Positions 34,416-44,094 of a DNA stretch of 55,952 nt are shown one piece after another. Under the pieces are notes generated by a model, which ran no database searches, was not told the DNA's origin, and saw nothing but the letters and a program-made list of their open reading frames with translations. Within the stretch, counting starts at the first letter, position 1, and each line of letters starts with the position of its first letter. Source of the DNA: a virus (Duplodnaviria > Caudoviricetes). A program made the position numbers and the translations under genes. The stretch covers positions 1 through 55,952 of the IMG/VR virus record IMGVR_UViG_3300042987_001910; one strand, given 5' to 3'.

Positions 34416-37400
34416 CCTTCTTCTCGTCGCGGACGACTTGGTTGAACGAGGACATTAGCTCGAAGATCGCATCGTCGACCTGCTTGATCGTTTCCTTGTC
34501 CTCGATGCCAGCGGTCTTCAACTCCTTCTTCAGCGCCTTGAGCTTCAGCACCTGCTGGTACATCTGGTCGCTGGCTTTGTAGAGCACGGCCTCTGGGTTC
34601 TTGTCGAAGTAGTCGTCGCCCTCGCCCTTCTTGACGAGGCTCTCGAACTCCCGCTGGTGCTCGTTCATCTTCCGCACGTTGTCGTAAAAGCGTGAGGTCT
34701 CGACGGCGCGCTGCTTCACGTCGCCGATGAGGCGTCCGGCAATCGGGATGTTGTATGTCGCCAACTCCTCGCCAGTGGTGGCTGAGGTGATCGTCTTCTC
34801 GATCTTCAGCGCCTCGCGACCCACGCCGCCAGTGACCTGCCCAATGAGGTAGTCAATCTGGTCTGGGGTCGGGCTGTACCTTCCCTTCGTAGCATCTGTC
34901 CCGCCCGTGGCAAGGTTGATCGCGTAAGCGATCCCTGTACTGAGCTGAGATGCGTTCTCCCTTGCGCGGGTGTAGCCGGGAGTTGGGTCAAGCGAGTTGA
35001 TATCCTCCTTGGCAATCGGCCGGCCGGCGAAGTCGCGGTTCTCTGCAAGCGCGATGATGGGGTCGCCAAGGGTCGGGACGATGGTCTGCGCGAGCGTAGC
35101 GGAGCCGAGTGGGTTAAACCCGTCAGCGATGGTCTCAATCATCCCAAACAATGCCTTGGCGACCTTTGGATCATCCGAGCCGAGCAGCTCCGCAGTGCGG
35201 CGGGTGAGCGCCGGGATGACGTTGAAGCCAAGCGGCATCGGGATCGCGAGGTACTTCTTGTCGCCATACGGGACGATCAGGCTCTTGTCCTTCACGAACT
35301 CCGGCGGCTCGTCTTCGTCGAAGCCAGCCATTGCGAGAAGCAACGCCTGCATAATCCCAAGCGTGCCAAGCCCAGCTACGATCTTCTTCCCAGACGGGCC
35401 TTTAAGTGTCTGCCCGATACGATAGGTGCCCTGCACGCTGGCGTTGAAGAACGCAAACAACGTGGTGAAGTTGTTCGACATCGCGCCCTTGCGGTTGAAG
35501 TTCACCGTCAAGTTCTTCGCGAGGCTCGCCGCCTGTTGGTTGCTCATGCCCATGTCTTTGGCGGACTTGTAGGCTGACAGGCGGATGGAGTTTTCGATGG
35601 CGTCGTTGAAGTCCGACAGCCCGTCCATGAACCAGCTGAAGCCACGGCGAGCCCGAGCCATCGGGTCGTTGCCGAGTTTATCCAACTCACTCTGCAAGTT
35701 CTTCGCACGGCTCTCGGCGTTCTCGAACATATCCCGGTAGCCGGTCTTCCCACCCTCGGCCTCGAACTCCTCGTACAGCCTGCCCCACTCCGAGTTCGCC
35801 GGCTTGCCGGCGCGCTCTGCGCGGAGGTCGGAGAAGATTCGGAACGGCAACATCATTGCGCGAGAGATGACCTCGGTCTCCTTCCCCTTCAGCGGGGTGG
35901 TGGAGAGGTTCAGCGTGGCACCGCCAACGTCGCGAAGGAAGTTGTAGATGCCGAACGCCGGGTTGTACTGGGTGTTGATCGCGGCGAAGTAGCGGGTGCC
36001 CTTGCCGACACCACCAACAAAGTTCTTGATGTAGTTGCCGGCGGTGCCCATTGCAGCGACCGCCTGCCCCAGCTGGTTGGTGTCGAGGTTCTTCAGGCTT
36101 GCCGCCATGCGGCGTGCCCGCTCGTCCGCCATGTTGAAGATGACGATGCGGTCTTCGCCATTCACGCGGGTGACGAGGACGTTCTCCCGATCCTTGAGGC
36201 GCGGGTCGACCCGGTACACAACCGTGTTCGAGTTCTTGTCGACAGTCGCCTGCAGCGGGGACGCGGCGATGTTCTTGGCGTCGGCAGGATCCAGACCCAT
36301 GTCGATCAGTTCCTGCTCAAGCTTCGCCTTGTCCGCACCCTTCGGGTTCACCGCCAACCAGAACTTGTCGTTGGGGTTCTGCACGGCGAGCCCGTACACG
36401 GCGGTGCTCACCCGGTTCTTCTCGCCACGGGAGATCACGCGCTCGCGCTGCATGGTGATGTTGGCGAGGATGTCAACCACCTCACGGTCGGAACCGGTAC
36501 GGCGCTTGGTCTCCGACCCGCGGATGGAGTAGCCCTGCCCGATTCCCATCGTGCCGCCTTCGGTGTCGGCACGGAACAGCGGGACGTAGTGCTTGTAGGC
36601 GGTCTCGAACTTCTTGATGGTATCGGCCGACTCAAGCCCGTACTCCACCATCATCTCACGCGTACCCTTGGTGATCGAGTCCACCTTCTTCGCAATCGCT
36701 TCCAGCGTTGTACGGCGATTTGCCGGAAGGGATGCGAGGTAGCGGCGGGCGTCTGCGGTCTTGATGCCGGAGCCGCCGTCAGGCTTCTTCGGGTTGACGC
36801 GGGCGACCTGCTTGTTCGCCTCTTCGGCGTGGCGGTTGTGCAGGTAGGTGTCCAGTTCCTCGATGGAGACGTTGCTCGCGCTCATCTGGCGGATGAGTGG
36901 CAGCAGCTCGCGCTCGGTGAAGTCCTTGGCGCGTTTGGCAGCCCTGCCGTGGAACAACTCCTCTTGGAGGTAGGCGTTGAACTTGTCCGAGATCTCCTTG
37001 CCCGTCTTGAGGATCGCCTGCGTGACGCGCTTCAGGTCAATCTGTTTGTCTTGGAGCGCGTAGCGGATGGCGTCGATAGGCTTGGTCGGCTCGACCTCGA
37101 ACGTCTTCTTCTCCGCGAAGGCAATGAACTGACTATCCAAGCTGAACGTGCCACGATTGCCAGATGCGGACTTCACTTGATTCGGGTCGTAGAGGGCGAG
37201 GTTCTTTCTGCCAGACTCGCTGACGAAGAACGAGTCGTAGCCGAGCGACCGAATAACTGCCTGCACCTCCTGCGCCTCTATGACAGACCACATCCCCCTG
37301 CCGATGAGGCTGATGAGGCGGTTCCTGTCGAAAGACTCCTTGTCCTTGCTCTGTGGATTGGTGGTCTCAAGGCTTTGCGCGCCACCGAGCGCCGCGTCAA

Positions 37401-40400
37401 CAACCGCCGCGACACTGTTGGGATCATCGTAGTCAAAAGGCTTCTCGGCGCGAACGTAGAGCGGGAGGATGTTTGCTCTGGACGGCAGGTAGTTGCGAAG
37501 CTCAAGCTTCAACTCTGCGGAGTAGGCTCGTCGGAAATCCTCCTCCTTCATAGTCCTTGCGTTGTTCTCGGCGCGCACCTTCGCGAATGCTTTCTTGGCG
37601 TCGGCCTCCGAGATGTACTCACGCCACTTGCCCGCCATGAAGTCTTCCGACATATCGGTGAAGCCTTCGGCGAAGCGAGGATCGCTAGTGACGAATATGG
37701 CTCCCGCCTGCTTGGGCTTGAAAGAGAAGATGTTCTGTGCCGTTCCGTGGTACAGGACCAGCGGCTTACCGTCTCTGTCGATGGCTTCGCTGTTGCCGAA
37801 CCACTGCACGAAGTTCTGCCAGACGACGGTGCCATCGGGCGCGGTGGTGTCTCTCCACCTGCCCTTCGCCCACAACACGACAGTCGGACGGTAGTCGGAC
37901 TCGACAAACTTGCCTTCGAGCTTGAGCGCAGCCGCGGTCATCTGCTCGAAGGCCGGCTGGTTCAGCATCGCGTTCTCGCGCATCAGCTGCGGGGTCAACT
38001 CCAGCACTTGGTCGAGGAGAGACTTCTCGCCCGGCGACAAACGCCCGCCGTTAAAGATGCGGGAGATGTAGCTCTTGATCTGCTCCCACAGGTTCTTGAA
38101 CTTCTCGGTCAGCGTCTTCGGCTCGCCGGCAATCTCGACCGGCTTCATCTGACTGAGTTGCTGCTTGAACTCCTCGGACGACAGCGCGTCGGCGATGAAC
38201 TCCTTGGCGTCTGTCGCGCCGTACGCTTCGCCCAGCTGCGGCTTGGCGGCTTCGTAGACTTGGGTCAGGAGTTTCCCGGCAGGCGTCTGCTGCTCGATGG
38301 CGTGGAGGGTCGCCGCGTGCGAGCCTTCGTGAACCAGCAGGTACTCAAGGTTCGCGCGGTCGACGATGTCGATGACTTCGGTGACCGGGTTGTACGCAGC
38401 CGCGAGGTTGTTGGGGTTCCCGCCACGCGCCGCGTGAACACGGCGCAGGCTCGCTGCCACACCCTCGGACGCGAACGACACGCGCACATCCGGGTTGGCG
38501 TTGCGCAGGATCATGCCGGCTGCCTGACGCGCCTTGTTGTTGGGTGAAGCCTTGGCGATCAGGAGCAGCACCTCTTCCAGCTTCGGGCTGGTAGCGACAA
38601 GATCCGACAAGCGTTTGTCGAACAAACGCGCAGCGCCGGGAGGGACGCCCTTATTCCACTCGGCGACCGTCTGCTTCTCAGCTGGGACGATGGCCTGCCC
38701 AAGCGTGTCGAACGCGCGCTCTACGACCGCACGAATCTGTTCGGGGACGCTGGTCGGGTCGCTGCGGAACTGGTCTAGCGCGTTGCGAAGAGGGATCGAG
38801 ATGTTGTTTTCGCCGAAGAAAACCTGCAACTCGCGTTTGTCTTCCGCCGACAAACCGTCTCTGCCACGCAGGAACTTCATCACCCGGTCGGCGTATTTAG
38901 CGGCGTCACCGCGATTTTCTTCCGCCCGCCGCCCCTCCTCCATCGCAACCTTTGCGCGCCGCCCGCGCTCGTTGATGTTGAAGGTGCGGACTAGGTTGTT
39001 GAACTCCCTGCTCACTTGAGCCGGCGTGAAGTCGGTCAGGAAGTTGTTGATCTCCTCTTCGGAGATTTCCTTGCCGCCGATGGTGGTGTACTTCGAGCCC
39101 TTCTCGGGCGGGTTAAACATCGTCTCGAAGCGTTCGGCAAGTACCGGGTCGTAGGTGACCAGACGGTCCCAAGTTGGGATATCAACCGGAGACTTGAATT
39201 CGTCAGTCCACTGGCTGCGTGGCATAGCCGCGCGGGCGCGGGAGAAAGCCTCCCCTGCTTTCTCTGCCATTCCGTTCCAGACTTCGCGCAGGAAGTTTTG
39301 GCGCTGGATGTCTGCGCCGCCGGCAACCTTCCCCGCGCGCATCTTCACTTCCGGGCCAGACTCCATGCGCCGACGCTCTTCGCGGGGGATGACGCCCTCG
39401 AAGCCGGTATCGCGCAGGAACTGGTAGGCGAAGTTTTGACCAACGGTGACGCGGGCTTGGATCTCGCTCAGAATCTTCTGCGCCTTCTTGCCGACGCCCC
39501 TCTCGTTCGAGAGGCGCTCAAGAATCTGCTTCTCCTTGGCGACACGGAAGACGTTCAGGACGGCATCGGACGTGCCGTACGAGTAGATCTTGGAAAGCTG
39601 GCGGACCTGCTTCTCGTACTCCCTGATCTTCTCGTCCCCCAGCTGCTGCACCGTGGCGCTGTACCCAACGTCCACAGCAAGGGAAGACTTTGGACCCTTG
39701 ACGTTGCCGGTGGCGGCGTACTCCTCAAACATCTGGGGCAGGGATTTCTTGCCCTCCCCGGTCAGGTTGCCGAGCACGGCCGCGACGTTCTTCCCGCCAA
39801 AGATGTCGACGAGGGAGTCGACGAATCCGTTGGCGGCGTTGGTCAGGTCTGTCCACGCCGGATCCCCGCGACCCAAGTCTCCCTGTTGGCTGTCCTTAAT
39901 GAAGACTTCCTTGATCTTGCCAAGGAAAGTGGTGAAGCGGGCTTCAACCCTCTTTAGCCCCGCGCCTTCCTCAGCGCCACCGCCACCGCGATCTTCTGGG
40001 CGTGCTTGAGGTTCTTGGGTTTCACGTTGCCGATCTTCCCGTCCCCCTTCTTGTACTCGTTCACCAGCTCCCTTACGTTGGCGCTTACCACCTTCGGGCT
40101 CTTGCCCTTCTTGAGCGGCATCAGTCTTCTCCTCGGTTAGGCCCAGCTGCTGGACTAGGCGCTTGGTTTCTTCCAAGTCGGAGGCGGTGAACTTCTTGGC
40201 CTTGGACTTGGCCTTGGCTTCCTTGGCCTTGGGGGGCTCAGAAGGGGTCTCAGACGCGCTAGGAGCGGCTACAGGCGATTCTTTCGCCTTGGGGGTACCC
40301 TTACCTGCCTTCTTGGACTTGGAGACCTTCTTGGCCTTCTCGGCCGCCGGGGCTTCTTGAGTGGCGGTCTCGGTTGCCGGACCTTCTTGGACCGGCACTT

Positions 40401-42636
40401 CATCCACCGGGGCGTCTACGAGGTCTTCACCGGTGACAACTTCGGGCTCGGCCTTCTTGGCCTTGGCCTTAGAAACCCTCTTTGCCTTCTTGGCTCCGGG
40501 CGCTTCGGTAGAAGCAGCTGGAGCTGCAGGAGCTGGCGCTTCCGGGGCGGCAGGAGCCGGCTCGACAGGCGCGGCGTTTGTCGGTTGCGTTTGTTCCGTT
40601 TGTTGCGGAGCCGGCGTTGTGGTCGGTTGCTGTGTTGCCTTGGGCTTGGGTGCCTTCTGGGCCGGGGCGGCGTAGGGAATGGGGCGCGCCTCTGCGAAGA
40701 AGAAGGTCCGACCGCCCTGTTCTTTGGACTGCTTGCCCTGCCGGATGGTGACTTCAAGACCCATCAGGTCGGGGAAGACGGGCTGGAGGGCGTTCCAGTT
40801 GGTGACCGCCGGGAACCCCAACACCCCCTGAACGAGATCGTTGTATTTGTTCCGGACTTGCTGGAGCGTTTGTTTGTTCTTGATGACCCCGCCCAGCAGC
40901 TGCTGCTCCAGCAGCGAGCCCTCGCGCAGGGCGGCAATCTGGTTGGCAGCCTCTTCGGCAGACGCGAACCGGTTCGAGAAGACAAACGGCTTGGCGTCAG
41001 CAACGGGGTTCTTGAGGGAGTAGCCGCGCAACGGGGTGAACCCCTGCCCAGCTGCGATGATGTCCTCGCCCGACACAGCGGGCGTGCTGGCCCCAGTACG
41101 GCTGGGCAGCTGCACCTGCGTGGGCGCTTCACCCACCGGGACAAGGGTCTTGGTCTCTTGGTCGGGACGGACGGACTCTCGGGCGATGACGCCCTCGGTG
41201 GGCGTGCCCATCCCTACACCAGTAGCGGTGGAGGCGGTGTCGCCAAACGCAGCACGCACGTCCTCTCCGCGGGCCTTGCGGGTTTCTTCCCGCTGCTCCG
41301 GGGTCGGGATGTCGAACTCGGAGATCGCCCGGTCGAGCTTGCCAATCTGGACAGCAATCCCCTGAAAGCGCGGATCCTCGGCGCTCTCGATCTTGTTGGC
41401 GGTCAGGATCTCGGCTGCCCGCTCGTCTTGCATCATCGAGTCGAAGATCTGCTGGCGCGCAGTCTTGCCGTCCTCGATGAGGGTCTTGACGATCTCATCT
41501 TTCTTCTCTGGCGGGGCTTCCTCGAACATCCGCTGGTACGCCAGCGTTCCACCCTTGACCGCGCCACCAGAGATGGCACCGATGACGGTGGATTCGGTGA
41601 AGCCCTCACCGATGGGCTTGAAGCCGAGCGTGTTGGTGAGCAGCTGCTGCGCGCCTTCCTCTCCGCCCTCGGACAAGAACGCCCTGCCAATCTGCTTGGC
41701 GGCGCTGCCGCCTTCGCCGAACAAACCAACCTTGTTGGTGAACCAAGTCATCGGCAAGTTCGTCGCAGCAGCCTTCCACGCCTGCCTGTTGGCGAGATCC
41801 TTGTCTCCGGTTTCGGAGAGCGCCTTGTCGTAGGTCTCTTGCGCGATGCTCGCGGACTCAAGCGTTGCAGAAGCTCCGACGCCAGCGGTACGCGCCGCTT
41901 TCACCCCGACGCCAACCACACGCAGACCCTTGACCACGGCGGTGCCGGGCAGGAAGAACGACAGCGTGGAGCCAACGCCACTCGCGACCTTTTGCAGGAG
42001 GTCGGCATCCTCTGCCGCCAGCGCCGCCGACTCGATCTTGCCGGCCTGCGCGATGCGCTTCAGGGCGTCGGACCCAACCGAGTCGCCAACCCACTCCAGC
42101 GTGTCGCTGATTGCGCCACCGAATCCCGACGCGGCGGAGTCGAAAAGCTTGAGAGCGTAGTTGCGGTCCTTCTTGTCGGTGCCCAACTCAGCGCGGCGCT
42201 TGGCAACCTCCGCCTGCTCCTGCGCCTTCTCCGCCTTGTACTCAGCCAGACCAGCTTCGTTGATCTGCGAGGCTGCCGGCTTGTTCTCGCCAAACGCCTT
42301 GGTGATTGCCGGGTCGACGACATCGGCAGTCCGCGACAGGAGATCTTTCTTCGCCGGCTTCTGCTCAACGGTAGGTTCAGCATCGTCGAAGAAGTCTGAG
42401 AACCTGACCATCGGCACAGACTTCGGTTGCGCCACTGCCGCGCCCGGAGCGGGCCTGACTGGCGGAGTCGCGGCAACCGGGGCGTCGGCAAAGAAGTCGT
42501 CGAACCGAACAACCGGAACGGCTTTCTGTTGCGGGGACTTGATGCCATACGCGCGAGGGCGAACTTCGTCGCGCATGGCAGAGCCGCTCGATTGATAGAA
42601 AGCTTCGTCTTCGCTGTCGAGAATCGGATTCTCCAT
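34405..42636 (-). CDS. Giant internal virion/ejection polyvalent protein with zincin-like peptidase, ADP-ribosyltransferase-like and LPD38-like domains
   Basis: VHEGSH (38317-38331)...KEFIA; NFVQWFGNS...PLVLYHGT...IFVTS...PNQVKSASGNRGTFS (about 37140-37830); VNFNRKG...FAFFNASVQG...IPMPLG...NRDFAGRPI. Confidence 0.85.
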   Translation of the reverse strand: MENPILDSEDEAFYQSSGSAMRDEVRPRAYGIKSPQQKAVPVVRFDDFFADAPVAATPPVRPAPGAAVAQPKSVPMVRFSDFFDDAEPTVEQKPAKKDLLSRTADVVDPAITKAFGENKPAASQINEAGLAEYKAEKAQEQAEVAKRRAELGTDKKDRNYALKLFDSAASGFGGAISDTLEWVGDSVGSDALKRIAQAGKIESAALAAEDADLLQKVASGVGSTLSFFLPGTAVVKGLRVVGVGVKAARTAGVGASATLESASIAQETYDKALSETGDKDLANRQAWKAAATNLPMTWFTNKVGLFGEGGSAAKQIGRAFLSEGGEEGAQQLLTNTLGFKPIGEGFTESTVIGAISGGAVKGGTLAYQRMFEEAPPEKKDEIVKTLIEDGKTARQQIFDSMMQDERAAEILTANKIESAEDPRFQGIAVQIGKLDRAISEFDIPTPEQREETRKARGEDVRAAFGDTASTATGVGMGTPTEGVIARESVRPDQETKTLVPVGEAPTQVQLPSRTGASTPAVSGEDIIAAGQGFTPLRGYSLKNPVADAKPFVFSNRFASAEEAANQIAALREGSLLEQQLLGGVIKNKQTLQQVRNKYNDLVQGVLGFPAVTNWNALQPVFPDLMGLEVTIRQGKQSKEQGGRTFFFAEARPIPYAAPAQKAPKPKATQQPTTTPAPQQTEQTQPTNAAPVEPAPAAPEAPAPAAPAASTEAPGAKKAKRVSKAKAKKAEPEVVTGEDLVDAPVDEVPVQEGPATETATQEAPAAEKAKKVSKSKKAGKGTPKAKESPVAAPSASETPSEPPKAKEAKAKSKAKKFTASDLEETKRLVQQLGLTEEKTDAAQEGQEPEGGKRQRKGAGERVQEGGREDRQRETQEPQARPEDRGGGGAEEGAGLKRVEARFTTFLGKIKEVFIKDSQQGDLGRGDPAWTDLTNAANGFVDSLVDIFGGKNVAAVLGNLTGEGKKSLPQMFEEYAATGNVKGPKSSLAVDVGYSATVQQLGDEKIREYEKQVRQLSKIYSYGTSDAVLNVFRVAKEKQILERLSNERGVGKKAQKILSEIQARVTVGQNFAYQFLRDTGFEGVIPREERRRMESGPEVKMRAGKVAGGADIQRQNFLREVWNGMAEKAGEAFSRARAAMPRSQWTDEFKSPVDIPTWDRLVTYDPVLAERFETMFNPPEKGSKYTTIGGKEISEEEINNFLTDFTPAQVSREFNNLVRTFNINERGRRAKVAMEEGRRAEENRGDAAKYADRVMKFLRGRDGLSAEDKRELQVFFGENNISIPLRNALDQFRSDPTSVPEQIRAVVERAFDTLGQAIVPAEKQTVAEWNKGVPPGAARLFDKRLSDLVATSPKLEEVLLLIAKASPNNKARQAAGMILRNANPDVRVSFASEGVAASLRRVHAARGGNPNNLAAAYNPVTEVIDIVDRANLEYLLVHEGSHAATLHAIEQQTPAGKLLTQVYEAAKPQLGEAYGATDAKEFIADALSSEEFKQQLSQMKPVEIAGEPKTLTEKFKNLWEQIKSYISRIFNGGRLSPGEKSLLDQVLELTPQLMRENAMLNQPAFEQMTAAALKLEGKFVESDYRPTVVLWAKGRWRDTTAPDGTVVWQNFVQWFGNSEAIDRDGKPLVLYHGTAQNIFSFKPKQAGAIFVTSDPRFAEGFTDMSEDFMAGKWREYISEADAKKAFAKVRAENNARTMKEEDFRRAYSAELKLELRNYLPSRANILPLYVRAEKPFDYDDPNSVAAVVDAALGGAQSLETTNPQSKDKESFDRNRLISLIGRGMWSVIEAQEVQAVIRSLGYDSFFVSESGRKNLALYDPNQVKSASGNRGTFSLDSQFIAFAEKKTFEVEPTKPIDAIRYALQDKQIDLKRVTQAILKTGKEISDKFNAYLQEELFHGRAAKRAKDFTERELLPLIRQMSASNVSIEELDTYLHNRHAEEANKQVARVNPKKPDGGSGIKTADARRYLASLPANRRTTLEAIAKKVDSITKGTREMMVEYGLESADTIKKFETAYKHYVPLFRADTEGGTMGIGQGYSIRGSETKRRTGSDREVVDILANITMQRERVISRGEKNRVSTAVYGLAVQNPNDKFWLAVNPKGADKAKLEQELIDMGLDPADAKNIAASPLQATVDKNSNTVVYRVDPRLKDRENVLVTRVNGEDRIVIFNMADERARRMAASLKNLDTNQLGQAVAAMGTAGNYIKNFVGGVGKGTRYFAAINTQYNPAFGIYNFLRDVGGATLNLSTTPLKGKETEVISRAMMLPFRIFSDLRAERAGKPANSEWGRLYEEFEAEGGKTGYRDMFENAESRAKNLQSELDKLGNDPMARARRGFSWFMDGLSDFNDAIENSIRLSAYKSAKDMGMSNQQAASLAKNLTVNFNRKGAMSNNFTTLFAFFNASVQGTYRIGQTLKGPSGKKIVAGLGTLGIMQALLLAMAGFDEDEPPEFVKDKSLIVPYGDKKYLAIPMPLGFNVIPALTRRTAELLGSDDPKVAKALFGMIETIADGFNPLGSATLAQTIVPTLGDPIIALAENRDFAGRPIAKEDINSLDPTPGYTRARENASQLSTGIAYAINLATGGTDATKGRYSPTPDQIDYLIGQVTGGVGREALKIEKTITSATTGEELATYNIPIAGRLIGDVKQRAVETSRFYDNVRKMNEHQREFESLVKKGEGDDYFDKNPEAVLYKASDQMYQQVLKLKALKKELKTAGIEDKETIKQVDDAIFELMSSFNQVVRDEKKATR

Positions 42637-42657
42637 GATGCTTCCCTGTTCTTGTTG

Positions 42658-44094
42658 TTACTGCGACCCTGCTGCGCCCATTGCCTTCTCGCCGACATAG
42701 TCCGGAATGACGACCTTCTTTCCGGAATAGGTGACGTAATACGAGCCATCCGCATTCCGACCGACTGGCATCGGACGGCGATACAGATCCCTCGCGAGCG
42801 TTCCGGCTGTGCGCGCATCGATCTTGGTGTTTAGGCCAAGCACGGTGTTTGCCAGCTCGAACTGCCTTGTTTGATCTACGAAGGTCTTCTTGTACGCCTT
42901 TTGTGCGGCCTCGCCCTTCTGCATGGCAACGTCCATTGGAGCCGGCTCCTTGTTGGCTCTTGGGAACATTCCACCCAACACCAAGACGGTCTCGCGCTGC
43001 CTCTTTGCGTTAAGGTCTTGGTTCGCGTCCGCCGTCAGCCTAGCCGCCTGTGTCGCGGCTGTGCTGGCTCTTGCTGCTGCGCTTACCGTGTCCGCGTCGG
43101 CCTTCTGCTGCTCAATGCCGAGCCTCGCCCGCTTGTCTTGAAGGTTGTTGATCTCCTTCAGCGCGGTGGCGGCGTCGTACTTGTAGGCGATGCTCAGGAA
43201 CCACTCCGGCCCCAAGTCCTCCTTGATGGTTTCGCCGGTCTCGTCGTTCTTAAAGATCACGCCCTTCCACGTCTGGGACTTGCTGTCGAACACCCCAGAG
43301 CCGCCGTCCATCGAGTACCCGTCGGGAACAAGATCCTTCAGCTTGGCAAGTTCTTGCATACCAAGGCGGCTGCCATTCGCGGCTCTCGAAGAGTTGGTAC
43401 CGAGGCGAAGCTCCCAGTTGGTATTCAGCTGCTTCTTGAGGTCGTCATCAACCTTCGCCGCAAGCTCATGCTTGCCCTGAATCCTATAGACCTCGCGGAG
43501 CAGGTCGGCTTGCAGGCGCAGGCGCTGCGCGTAGTCGTCCGGGTTTCTTGCGCCCGGAGGAATGTAGGGGTTGATGCGCGGGCTCGGCGCTTCCTCCGGC
43601 ACGGGGCCATCGGAGGCGGGAGCCTGAGCCCCGGCAACAGGAGCCTGAACTCCGGCGGCAGGTTGCTGCGCAGCGTCAGCAGGAGCAGCTGGGGCAGCAA
43701 CGCCGGTGGCTGGGGTCGAGAACGCATTGCGGATGTCGGAGACGAGACCGGCAATGCCCATCTTCCGCTCGGGCGCTGGCTCGGCCTTGGGCTGCTCCTT
43801 CGCCTTGCGGGAGGCGCGGAACTCCTCGAACGGTGTCGGCTTGTAATCGTTGAGACCGCCTTCCGTGTAGGCGAGCACCTTGATCCTGTTGTTCTCATGC
43901 ACCCAGTAGTCGTTCGAGTCGCGGAGCAACTGCGCGTCGGCAAGCTCCCCGCGCTGCTTCTGGAGCGTCAACTCAAGGCTGTCGCGCCGCAGCTTGTTCG
44001 TCTTCTTCTCTTCCTCGAACGCCTCTTCCTTCCGGCGCAGTTCGCTGCCGGCTACAAAGCCCGAGACCAATCCACCTGCCAATCCGTAGCTCAT
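42658..44094 (-). CDS. Internal virion (ejection) protein
   Basis: GLAGGLVSGFVAG N-terminus, helical, between pilot-like and giant protein. Confidence 0.65.
   Translation of the reverse strand: MSYGLAGGLVSGFVAGSELRRKEEAFEEEKKTNKLRRDSLELTLQKQRGELADAQLLRDSNDYWVHENNRIKVLAYTEGGLNDYKPTPFEEFRASRKAKEQPKAEPAPERKMGIAGLVSDIRNAFSTPATGVAAPAAPADAAQQPAAGVQAPVAGAQAPASDGPVPEEAPSPRINPYIPPGARNPDDYAQRLRLQADLLREVYRIQGKHELAAKVDDDLKKQLNTNWELRLGTNSSRAANGSRLGMQELAKLKDLVPDGYSMDGGSGVFDSKSQTWKGVIFKNDETGETIKEDLGPEWFLSIAYKYDAATALKEINNLQDKRARLGIEQQKADADTVSAAARASTAATQAARLTADANQDLNAKRQRETVLVLGGMFPRANKEPAPMDVAMQKGEAAQKAYKKTFVDQTRQFELANTVLGLNTKIDARTAGTLARDLYRRPMPVGRNADGSYYVTYSGKKVVIPDYVGEKAMGAAGSQ

Noticed and set aside
36589-42399. 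Long + strand ORFs (36589-38547, 40357-42399; likewise 11950-13326, 42871-44184 and minus-strand 18767-20098)
   Set aside because: Antisense shadows of real genes in GC-rich DNA, with no recognisable motifs
34405-42636. N4-like virion RNA polymerase reading the early hairpins
   Set aside because: No polymerase motifs recognised; the domains seen are peptidase-, ART- and LPD38-like
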